Positions 11,833-22,120 of a DNA stretch of 23,536 nucleotides are shown here, in pieces. The notes under the pieces are model-generated. The model was not told the origin of the DNA and did no database searches. It worked only from the letters and a program-made list of their open reading frames with translations. The stretch lies in assembly GCA_043228905.1 (NCBI GenBank), contig JBHGNT010000476.1, positions 1 through 23,536 of the forward strand, given 5' to 3'. The position numbers and the translations under genes are program-made. The first letter of the stretch is position 1. Each line of letters begins with the position of its first letter. Source of the DNA: Azolla caroliniana. Its lineage: Eukaryota; Plantae; Polypodiophyta.

Positions 11833-11957
11833 CTGGTCAAAGGATAAATATCTCTCAAAATTTCCATGCTCCTAAACTGACATAATTCGAAACCGGTCGT
11901 AAGATGTTGTTAAATATAGGTTTGGTTTTCTACCAAATTGTAGATTTTGAATGTTCC

Positions 11958-13118
11958 GGCGTAATATAAAAATTCATAACTTTATTTTGGGTACCTCTGG
12001 AATATTCTACTTTGTGCAGCTTTAAAGCCAAATAATGTGTATATAATATACTATAATAACATGGGTCCATTTTAACTCTAAATATTTTTTTCGTTGCTTT
12101 GAATTAACCTACGACAGTTTGCCATTTTCAATTTGACAAGGCGTAATATAAAAATTCATAACTTAATTTTGGATACCACTGGCATATTCTAGTATATATA
12201 GTTTTAAAGAAAAAGAATGTGTCTATAACATACTATAATAACAAGGGTCCATTTTAACTCTTAATATTTTTTTGTTGCTTTGAATTAACCTACGACAGTT
12301 TGCCATTTCCAAATTGACAAGGCGAAATATAAAAATTCATAACTTAATTTTGGATACCAATGGCATATTCTAGTATATATAGTTTTAAAGAGAAATAATG
12401 TGTCTATAACATACTATAATAACAAGGGTCCACTTTAACTCTAATGAATTAACCTACGACAGTTTGCCATTTCCAAATTGACAAGGCGAAATATAAAAAT
12501 TCATAACTTAATTTTGGATACCTCTGAAATAATCTAGTATGTGTAGTTTTAAAGAGAAATAATGTGTCTATAACATACTATAATAACAAGGGTCCACTTT
12601 AACTCTAATGAATTAACCTACGACAGTTTGCCATTTCCAAATTGACAAGGCGAAATATAAAAATTCATAACTTAATTTTGGATACCTCTGAAATAATCTA
12701 GTATGTGTAGTTTTAAAGAGAAATAATGTGTCTATAACATACTATAATAACAAGGGTCCACTTTAACTCTAATGAATTAACCTACGACAGTTTGCCATTT
12801 CCAAATTGACAAGGCGAAATATAAAAATTCATAACTTAATTTTGGATACCACTGGCATATTCTAGTATATATAGTTTTAAAGAAAAATAATGTGTCTATA
12901 ACATACTTTAATAACAAGGGTCCATTTTAACTCTTAATATTTTTTTGTTGCTTTGAATTAACCTACGACAGTTTGCATTTTCAAATTGACAAGGCGAAAT
13001 ATAAAAATTCATAACTTTATTTTGGATACCTCTGGAATGTTCCAGTTTGTGTAGTTGTAAAGAGAAAGAAAGTGTCCATAATATACTATAATATTAAGGG
13101 TCCATTTAACTCTATAAT
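11958..13118. repeat. Tandem satellite-like array, 164-182-bp unit, ~6.7 copies
   Basis: GGCG(T/A)AATATAAAAATTCATAAC at 11958, 12140, 12321, 12485, 12649, 12813 and 12993. Confidence 0.95.
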
Positions 13119-13193
13119 TTGCTAATATATACTACTTCTTCTGATATCCAATAATAAAGTTTTTTTTTGTTTAAAACATTATATATTTTTTAG

Positions 13194-13263
13194 CTTATCG
13201 AAAAGCGCAAGTCTGATTCAATTGGCGCATCGACAGAATTCCGCTGATAAAGAAAACGCAAAG
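13194..13263 (+). CDS. Nost: Nostrin exon 4
   Basis: TTTTTTAG|, LSKSASLIQLAHRQNSADKENAK, |GTAAGT. Bridges phase 2 to phase 0 as required. Confidence 0.85.
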
Positions 13264-13879
13264 GTAAGTGAAATTGTAGTCATTTTAACAGTTTTATATG
13301 TTGTGTATATTACTCATTTTGCTATAAAATATAATTGGAAAATACGTATCGGCATTCTCGTAAAAGTAATAATTTCACTGCGATAACAAAAAAAATGTTA
13401 AATTTCAATTATTTAGATAATTAGGTTCTAAAATTAGTCATTACTTTATTTCCTTTAAATTTCAAACCAATTCAAACCAACATTTCGCGAAACAAATTAC
13501 TGTTACGTAAATTTTCTTAAATTTATCTTGTTTTTAACAATTCAACATGTAGAATGCTTATTTTTTAAATATGTTTTAAAACATGACTTTCAAGATAAGA
13601 TATTGGATAAACGTGGAATTATTACTGAAATTCGGAAATTCAGGTGGAAGAATAATTTGAATAAAATAATAGGCAAGTATTTTAAGGATCTTCAAAAGAG
13701 AGCGTCCAGAAAAATGCCATTAACAGAAGATCACTAATACCTTAACCTTAGCTTTACGTATTAGTTTATTTAATAGACTAACTAATACATTTTTTTAATT
13801 CACAAGAAATGTAAGTCTGTAAAATGACGTTATTTTGTGTTGTCTATAGTTGTTCTAACATATTTTAAACTAAAGATTA

Positions 13880-16339
13880 CACGGGCCAACAAAAAAAAAT
13901 TTTTTTTTTGGTGCCCAGGATTTAACAACTGATTTTAAGTGTGTCCGGGGAGCTGAATCCAAAACTGATTTCAGTTTTTCTCCATCAGCTCTAGTTTTTT
14001 AGATACACCACATAAGCCATATTGCTACTTTTATTCAATATTTATTGAAATAAAGGTTTTTTAAATCACTTTGTATATCAATATCAAGTTACATCATTTT
14101 TTTTTGTAAGTGCAATAAAGCCTTAATTATTTTAAATTCACCCTCATAAAGATTAAAAGAGGTTAGCGCCCTTTATTAGCCTTAATTAGGTAATTTTAAG
14201 CACCCTTTATTAGCCTTAATTACCTGAATTTTAAGCCGATTTATTTGTAATTTGTGTATTTTCCCAATTATACCTAAAACACCCCAAAACGGTCTCTGAT
14301 TGGCTGAAACTTCTCAACAAGAGTTAACATTTATAATCTTGCCAGTTAAGTTGGTTAGTTTTTGAATTTTGGCCATATAAGCTAGAAGTGCGTTATTTTC
14401 GCTTACCAAAGAAAGTGCTTTTGTAAAGTGAATTGAATTAGTCTTTTTGAACAGACATAAAATGAGTTCAAATCCTGGTTCAAGTAGAAGGAGTTGTGTA
14501 AATAATCCTGATATGTTTTGCTACATATGTGGAGAATATACATTTGAGAAAAACAGGAAAACCATTAGTGATTTTGTAAGGAGAGCCTATCTCGGATATT
14601 TTGGTGTGAAGCTTGGCGATCAGGACAGAACTTGGGCACCGCATAGTGTTTGTAAAACTTGTACGGAACATTTACGGCAATGGACTAATGGAAAAAGGAA
14701 ATGTCCAAGATTTGGGGCACCCATGGTTTGGAGAGAGCCTCAAAATCACTTTAATGATTGCTATTTCTGCATTGTAAATATTAAGGGAATTAATCAAAAC
14801 AATCGCAACAAGTGGACTTATCCTAACTTAGCATCTGCACTACGTCCAGTCCCTCACTCAGAAGAAGTGCCCATCCCTACGTTTGCCCAACTCCCAGAGC
14901 TAGATAATGACGAACTTACTACCTCTGACCAACCTTCTGATTCTAACCAATATGACAGTGATTTTGACGATACGGCATCTGTTCCTCAACTTTTTAGCCA
15001 GGATGAATTAAACGACCTCAGCAGAGATCTTAACTTGTCGAAAGAAGCTTCAGAATTATTGGCTTCTAGGTTTCATGAAAAACATCTACTGCAAACGGAA
15101 ACCAGAATTACATTTTATCGGACAAGGGAAAAGGACTTTCTACAATTTTTTTCCCAGGGAGACAATCTTGTATTTTGCAGCAGTATTAAAGGACTCCTGG
15201 AAAAAATGGGCCTTCCTAAATATTCTCCAGATGATTGGAAATGGATAATGGAAACAAATAAGCTTCAATACCAATTGGCCACTCAACGAAAATGAAAGAA
15301 GAATATGATACCATTGCTTTGGTATTAAAGAAGATTAAATATCATGAACATCAATGGGTAATTTGTGTAGACCTAAAAATGGTTAATTTTCTTCTTGGGC
15401 AGCAAGGTGGCTATACCATATACCCTTGTTTCTTGTGCCTCTGGGACAGTAGAGACAAAACGCACCACTATAGAAAAAAAGTTTGGCCTACGAGAGAAAG
15501 CATGAACGTTGGAGAAAAAAAACGTCATTAATGAGCCCTTAGTCGAAAGAGAAAATCATCTTTCCTCCCTTGCATATTAAGTTGGGCCTAATGAAGCAGT
15601 TTGTAAAAGCTCTGGACAAGAATGGAGCATGTTTAACATATATTGTGGATAAATTCCCCCAGTTAAGTTCAGAGAAAATCAAAGCAGGAATATTTGATGG
15701 TCCGCAAATAAGACAACTGATTAGGGATCCAGATTTTACAAATTCCATGAACCATATTGAGCGAAAGGTCTGGACTTCGTTTGTTGCAGTTGTCGAAAAT
15801 TTTCTGGAAAAACACAAAGCGGACAACTATGTTGAACAGGTGGATAAGATGCTTAACAGCTTTAAAACTGTTGGGTGTAATATGAGATTCAAGGTGCATT
15901 ATTTGCATAGCCACTTAGACCGTTTTCCTCAAAATTTGGGAGATTTTAGTGAGGAGCAAGGTGAAAGATTTCATCAGGATATAAAAGTGATGGAAGAGCG
16001 CTACCAAGGAAGATGGGATATTAATATGATGGCTGATTACTGCTGGTGTTTAAAGAGGGACTGTTCGAATATTCACGCAAGAAAGTCACGAAAAAGAAGT
16101 TTTAAGAGTGTTAATTAAGTAGCTAGTTTTATTAATTAGGTTTATTTTGTGTTCTTATGCATGGTATGTTTTTATTTTTATAATATAAATATAAAAAACT
16201 CGAACTTTTACTAAAATTTCAAATATTTCAAAAACTAGAACTGATAGAGAAAATCTAATGGCAGATTTGAAATCAGCGCATCAAATTTATATAAAATCGA
16301 CTACAAACACCCCGGCACCAAAATGTGTGTTGACCAGTG
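13880..16339 (+). mobile_element. Chapaev3-type (CMC superfamily) DNA transposon, both ends intact, transposase decayed
   Basis: Termini CACGGGCCAAC...GTTGACCAGTG, with TTA target duplication at 13877-13879 and 16340-16342. Imperfect ~130-bp subterminal inverted repeats. Transposase motifs CYICG, PMVWREP.NH..DCYFC, CVDLKMV..LLGQQGG, LHIKLG and SEEQGERFHQD. Confidence 0.85.
14462..16118 (+). pseudogene. Chapaev3 transposase pseudogene
   Basis: Three ORF pieces (14462-15295, 15292-15531, 15570-16118). Apparent deletion near 15240, TAA in NGNK*ASIPIGHS, and frameshifts in A-runs at ~15520 and ~15552. Confidence 0.85.
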
Positions 16340-16374
16340 TTATTATTGTCTAAACAATATCTATTGTCTTTCAG

Positions 16375-16463
16375 TTGGAAGGAAAGAAACGGAAAGCTGA
16401 AGATGCCGTAAAAAAAGCCGATATCGAGTACTATACTTTATGCGTAAGATCCGAAAGAGCCAG
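16375..16463 (+). CDS. Nost: Nostrin exon 5 (F-BAR)
   Basis: CTTTCAG|, LEGKKRKAEDAVKKADIEYYTLCVRSERA(R), |GTATG, phase 2. Confidence 0.9.
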
Positions 16464-16526
16464 GTATGCAATCAATTAAAATCTTTAACTGAGCAAAATA
16501 AACCATCGTCTTATTTTTCTTTAAAG

Positions 16527-16662
16527 GTTGGAATGGGAATCTGCAGTATTACGAGGAGTAAATAATTTCCAGTCTTTGGAAGAAGAAAGACTAAACAACC
16601 TAAAAGTCGTTTTAACATCATACCTGAAACATAACGCGGAGATGCAGCCTAAGCTTATAGAG
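16527..16662 (+). CDS. Nost: Nostrin exon 6 (F-BAR C-terminal helix)
   Basis: TTTAAAG|, LEWESAVLRGVNNFQSLEEERLNNLKVVLTSYLKHNAEMQPKLIE (F-BAR FQxLEEERL motif), |GTAAGT. Confidence 0.92.
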
Positions 16663-17674
16663 GTAAGTGGAATGAATATCACCATAAAAAAAAATTCTTC
16701 TCAACTTACCAATATTATTCTTACCATTAAAAATAAAATTAATAAAAAACTACACCCATTCAACTTATCTCCCATTACTTCTTGTTAATACAAAACCAAC
16801 TTGTTTGGAATTTCTTCCTGACGTTTCGTAACGAATTAAAACTTGTTCTTTTGACAAATTAAACCTACTCATACTTTAGGAATTGTAGAAAATATCACAT
16901 TAACCTTTCAATACCTAACAATGATTGTATTAATGTCTATTTAAAATTTTACATAGACCTAAGTCTGGCCGGTACGCGGGCCTTATGTAATCCATGCTTG
17001 AACCCCTGACCTTCTCTGAAATTGGACGCGGGTAAAAGTGGATTTGTTTCTTTAATTTCGCAGCTTATAGTGACTTAAGGTGATCCTTACGTATACATAA
17101 ATAAATGCATGGGAATTGGGCCTTTGGAAGGTTGATTTTTATGGTATTTTGGCGCATTGCGTGGGTGCAAAAATTGTATAACTAATAGAGAAATATTTAT
17201 TTTATATTATCCAAAAATAACTGTTGTTTATCTTTTGATATACGTAAACAATATTGGAAGTTGTTTGACACAAAAAATTATGCTGTTTACCTCATTCATT
17301 TAATTTTATTTTAATACAATTTGAAGCCAAAAGAGAGTGTAAATAAGCAAACATTGATAACTTTAAAATTATTTTTCACTCATTTCCTATTGGGATAAAG
17401 CATTATATTTTTTTAGTTCTGTGGAACTTTCTACGAAGAATTCAATGATTTTTATTTTTTTTTTGGCGCTAACTTTAACGCGAATTTTAATTGAGCTAAA
17501 GTCAGTTAAATAAACTCTCTTCTATTTCAGTTTCATCTATTTTTTTAAATTCTTTTTCCCTCTTTTCCTATTGGGATAAAGCATTATATATTTTTTTAGT
17601 TCTGTAGAACTCTCTACGAAGAATAATGATTGATTGTCGGGTTGTTTGGCCGTCGTCTTGGTAAATTCTGTCTT

Positions 17675-17715
17675 CTCGACGTTTCGCCGATACGGGTGCT
17701 CGGCATCCTCAGGAG
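17675..17715 (-). ncRNA. Minimal type I hammerhead ribozyme (left pLTR)
   Basis: Minus strand: CTC-CTGAGGA-T-GCCGA gcacccgta TCGGC-GAAA-CGTC-GAG. Confidence 0.85.
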
Positions 17716-17903
17716 CTCTGGTGGTTGAAAGCGAACTGATGGTTTGCTCTCGACCGCAGGTTATATTTATGTATCGCAGGTAGTTCCTTTTCGGTCAGTT
17801 CAGGTACTGGTGGGTGTGGCTTCTCTTTTTGTTCCTTGCGTGGTAACGTTTTTGTTTTCTCTAAGACCGGTATCCATGTTCGATTTATTCTAAGTGTTTC
17901 TTC

Positions 17904-19333
17904 TCACCTGTTGAAGTTTTCTTTATGTTTATGGATTTCTATAGCCTCGAGGTACAGTCTGGAGTGGTAATTCGTTTCTTGGGCCAGTACTTGGGTGTCT
18001 TTAAATTTTATTTGGTGGTTTTGTTCTTTTAAACTATGCTCGGCTACGGATGATTTTTCGGTATGCCCTAATCTACAATTTGCCTTATGTTCTTTGATTC
18101 TGGTGTTTATTGCACGTTTTGTTTGTCCTATATATACTTGGCCGCAAGAACATGGTATTCTGTATATTCCTGGGAGTGACAGAGGGTCTCTTTGGTCTTT
18201 TGCCGATCGGAAGTAATTATGAAGTTTTTTGGTTGGTTTGTATATTGTTTTCACTTTGTATTTTGTTAAAATTCGTCCGATTCTGTCTGTAACACCTGTT
18301 ATAAAAGGCAGAAATGCTTTGGAAGTGGAGGTTTCTTCTTTTTTATCCTGTTTTTGTTGTTTTCTAGGGTATAAACATTTGTTTATTTGATTTCTTGTGT
18401 AACCATTGGCTTGAAGAGCATTACTTAGGTGTCCTAATTCGGTATCTAGGTTCTCAGCTTCACATATTCTTTTTGCGCGGTCTGCTAACGTCTTTATGAT
18501 TCCCCGTTTTTGACTAGGATGGTGGTTTGAGTTGCTGTGTAGATATCTGTCCGTATGTGTAGGTTTTCTGTATACTGTATGGCCTAACCTCTCTTGTTTG
18601 CGTGTTACTAAGACGTCCAGAAATGCGATCTTTCCTTCTTTTTCTACTTCCATAGTAAATTGTATGCTGGGATGTATACTATTGATATGGCTTAAAAAGT
18701 TATTAAGTTTTTCCATTCCGTGCCCCCAAACGACAAATGTATCGTCCACATATCTAAACCATGTCTTGGGTTTAAATTCTGTTGTTTTTAATGCTTGTTC
18801 TTCTAATTTTTGCATGAACAGGTTTGCTACTGCTGGACTTAGCGGGCTTCCCATCGCTACCCCTTCTTTCTGTTCGTAAAAATTATTTTTCCAAGTGAAG
18901 TAAGTGGTTGTCAGGCAGGTGCTAAATAAACGGGAAATATCGGCCGAGAACTTTTCTTCTATTATGTTTAATGTGTCCCTCAATGGTACCTTTGTAAAGA
19001 GGGAGACGACGTCAAAACTAACTAGAATATCCTCCGGATTTAGTTTTATTTCCTGTATTTTGTTGATAAAGTGTGTTGAGTCTTTGATAAAATGTTCCGT
19101 GTTTCCTAAGTAAGGTTGCAGTAATCCAGTAAGATATTTAGCCAGTTGGTATGTGGGTGATCCTATTGCGCTGACTATTGGGCGAAGTGGTGTGTTCTGT
19201 TTATGAATCTTGGGCAAACCATATATTCTTGGAGGCAACGCTTCTGCCTGGTATATCCGTTTTTTACAGCCATCTGGTATTGTGGATTGCTTTATTTGGC
19301 TATTGACAGTTTTTATTATTGTTTGTGTTGGGT
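17904..19333 (-). CDS. Penelope-like RT + GIY-YIG endonuclease ORF (N-terminally truncated, probably a pseudogene)
   Basis: Uninterrupted frame from DPTQT to NFNR*. The first ~20 codons of the listed 496-aa ORF come from the antisense pLTR. The TGA at 17904 looks premature because EETLRINRTWIPVL continues in frame. Confidence 0.85.
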
Positions 19334-19523
19334 CACTTAGAATAAATGGAACATGGATACCGGTCTTAGAGAAAACAAAAACGTTACCACGCAAGGAACA
19401 AAAAGAGAAGCCACACCCACCAGTACCTGAACTGACCGAAAAGGAACTACCTGCGATACATAAATATAACCTGCGGTCGAGAGCAAACCATCAGTTCGCT
19501 TTCAGCCACCATTGAGAACAGAG

Positions 19524-19564
19524 CTCCTGAGGATGCCGAGCACTCGTATCGGCGAAACGTCGAG
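19524..19564 (+). ncRNA. Minimal type I hammerhead ribozyme (right pLTR), predicted cleavage after C19561
   Basis: CTC(19524)-CTGAGGA-T-GCCGA gcactcgta TCGGC-GAAA-CGTC-GAG(19564). Core boxes, 5-bp stem II, 3-bp stem I, and a vestigial stem III with palindromic ACGT. Confidence 0.87.
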
Positions 19565-20879
19565 AAGACAGAATTTACCAAGACGACGGCCAAACAACCC
19601 GACAATCAATCATTATTCAGACGACGGCCGCGAAAGCCTAAATCAGTTTTTCTACGAAGAATTTAATGATTTTTAAACTTTTTTTTGGCGTTAACTTTAA
19701 CGCGAATTTTAATTGAGCGAAAGTCAGTTAAAGAAACTCTCTTCTTTTTCATCGATTTTTAAAATTGTTTTTTACTTTTTTGCTATTGGGATAAAGCATA
19801 ATATTCTTTTTAGTTCGGTAGATCTTTTTACGACAAATACATTTTTTTTTGGCGCTAATTTTAACTCGATTTTTAATTGAACTAAACTAAGTCAAAATAT
19901 GTTGTTTCAAAATAAGAAATACCAACACATAAAAATTTAAAAACGTTTCTTTTTAATTCACTTAATTTTTTTATTTTGGGTTAGGTTCGTATATTACGAT
20001 AACAATAACCATATATTTGAAAATTTTTCTGCCTTAATAAGTAAATAAACAAGGTCAAAAATGCATATTACGAAGGCATCTCAGAAATCGTATCTATGAT
20101 TAAGTACACGAAACGAACGGACCAAAAATAATAAATTTTCCGATACAGTTACAGTATTTCGTTATTTTTAAACAAAAGTGCATAGAATCACGAATATTCA
20201 ATAAAATAATAAATAATATAATGCATACGGTACTGTCGTTTTGCCTGTAAATTCTTATTGTTCGAGAAAAGAACAGTTTAAATTATGAATACTTACGGCC
20301 TAACGGTCGAACAATGCAATTAAGATATTACAAATAATTAACAAGACGTACCTGAAGTTTGGTAAACCACACATATATTTGAGATATTTCATCTGACGAC
20401 ATTTCAGGACCGGTTTTAAAATATATCGGGCAAGCCAAATATCTCCCAGAATTCCCAGGACTTAACTGTTGCTTTGCTGAGGGCACCGCGCCAGCTTCGA
20501 CATTTTTGCGCTGACTATAGATGGCGCATTGCACTAATTTTAAAACAGGACATTATTTACATTAAACTGAACCCTAGGGTAGCAGAAATGATGAAATAAT
20601 GGAAGATAAATTAACTCCTTTGGGAGAAAAAAAATCAGAAAGCAAACAAATTTTTTTGATTTTCTAAAGAGGAGTTTTTGAAAATTGAGACTGGAGAGGG
20701 AACAGAGGAAGAGGATAATGGAAATGATGTGTAAGAAAACCCAAAAAGGAGACAACTGGTATGATTTGGACAAACCAAAAGAATAAAAAAAATATTCTGG
20801 AATGGATACCATAAGAAACTGGCATAAATAAAGAGAAAGAAATAGACAAACTGGTAAACTGGGAACTGGGAGGCAGCTA

Positions 20880-21995
20880 CAGCTATATAGTTAATACTCT
20901 TAAACTCATTTTAAGCCCCCATAAGTCTTTTGACAACAAATTAAAACACTTAAATAAACATAAATATGGGAATCTTGGTGGCCACAGAACGCTCCCTGCT
21001 GGCGACAGCTATATACTTAATATTCTTAAACTCACTTTAAACCTTTATAAATCTTTTGACAACAAATTAAAAACTCACATGAACATAAATATGCTAATCT
21101 TGGTGGCCACAGAACGCTCCCTGCTGGCGATAACTATATACTTAATACTCTTAAACTCACTTTAAGCCCCTATAAATATTTGGACAACAAATTAAAAACT
21201 CACATGAACATAAATTTGGCAATCTTGGTGGCCACAGAACGCTCCCTGCTGGCGACAACTATATACTTAATACTCTTAAACTTACTTTAAGCCCCTATAA
21301 ATATTTGGACAACAAATTAAAAACTCACATGAACATAAATTTGGCAATCTTGGTGGCCACAGAACGCTCCCTGCTGGCGACAACTATATACTTAATACTC
21401 TTAAACTCACTTTAAGCCCCTATAAATATTTGGACAACAAATTAAAAACTCACATGAACATAAATTTGGCAATCTTGGTGACCACAGAACGCTCCCTGCT
21501 GGCGACAGCTATATACTTAATATTCTTAAACTCACTTTAAACCTTTATAAATCTTTTGACAACAAATTAAAAACTCACATGAACATACATATGGCAATCT
21601 TGGTGACCACAGAGCGCTCCCTGCTGGCGACAGCTATATACTTAATACTCTTAAACTCACTTTAAGCCCCTATAAATATTTGAACAACAAATTAAAAACG
21701 CACATGAACGTAAATATGGCAATCTTGGTGGCCACAGAACGCTCCCTGCTGGCGACAACTATATACTTAATACTCGTAAACTCACTTTAAGCCTCTATAA
21801 ATATTTGGAACAAATTAAAAACTCACATGAACATAAAAATGGCAATCTTGGTGGCCACAGAACGCTCCCTGCTGGCGACAGTTATATACTTAATACTCTT
21901 AAACTCACTTTAAGCCTTTATAAATCTTTTGACAACAAATTAAAAACTCACATGAATATAAATATGGCAATCTTGGTGGCCACAAAACGCTCCCC
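20880..21995. repeat. 125-bp tandem array, ~9 copies
   Basis: (G/A)CCACA(G/A)A anchor at 20981, 21106, 21231, 21356, 21481, 21606, 21731, 21854 and 21979. Confidence 0.97.
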
Positions 21996-22120
21996 GCTCT
22001 CCAAATCCCTTCCTGGACCAATCTTTTTCAGAATTAGAATTAATATACCTCAGCGGACACACAAACTTCAATTTCTTGCCCAAATTTCCAAATTTTTAAA
22101 CTTAAACGTTTTTTTTTAAG

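Larger units (their letters stand above)
17625..19650 (-). mobile_element. Penelope-like retroelement (Poseidon/Penelope group), 5'-truncated, with inverted pseudo-LTRs
   Basis: RT motifs YGLPKIHK, SFDVVSLFT, GVAMGSPLSP and WFRYVDD, plus GIY-YIG endonuclease (GIYRIPCSCGQVYIGQT). Inverted repeats 17621-17896 and 19334-19618. TSD TCTACGAAGAAT at 17613-17624 and 19651-19662. Confidence 0.95.
17385..19890. repeat. ~180-bp host tandem repeat (3 units) interrupted by the Penelope-like element
   Basis: TATTGGGATAAAGCAT at ~17388, 17569 and 19785; TTTTGGCG(C/T)TAA.TTTAAC.CGA at ~17461, 19683 and 19847. Confidence 0.8.

Noticed and set aside
16815-16850. Possible further hammerhead (minus strand CGAAACGTCAGG)
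   Set aside because: Only the GAAAC-GUC half is present; I found no CUGAnGA box or convincing stems.
16955-17170. GC-richer patch starting TAGACCTAAG, possibly a transposon end
   Set aside because: No partner TIR, TSD or coding remnant could be identified.
19210-19515. 101-aa plus-strand ORF
   Set aside because: Chimera of antisense RT sequence and the ORF tail duplicated in the inverted pLTR; not an independent gene.
20880-22119. 125-bp array as CRISPR, and ORF 21805-22119
   Set aside because: Whole units are repeated with no unique spacers; the ORF is a chance frame through the repeats.
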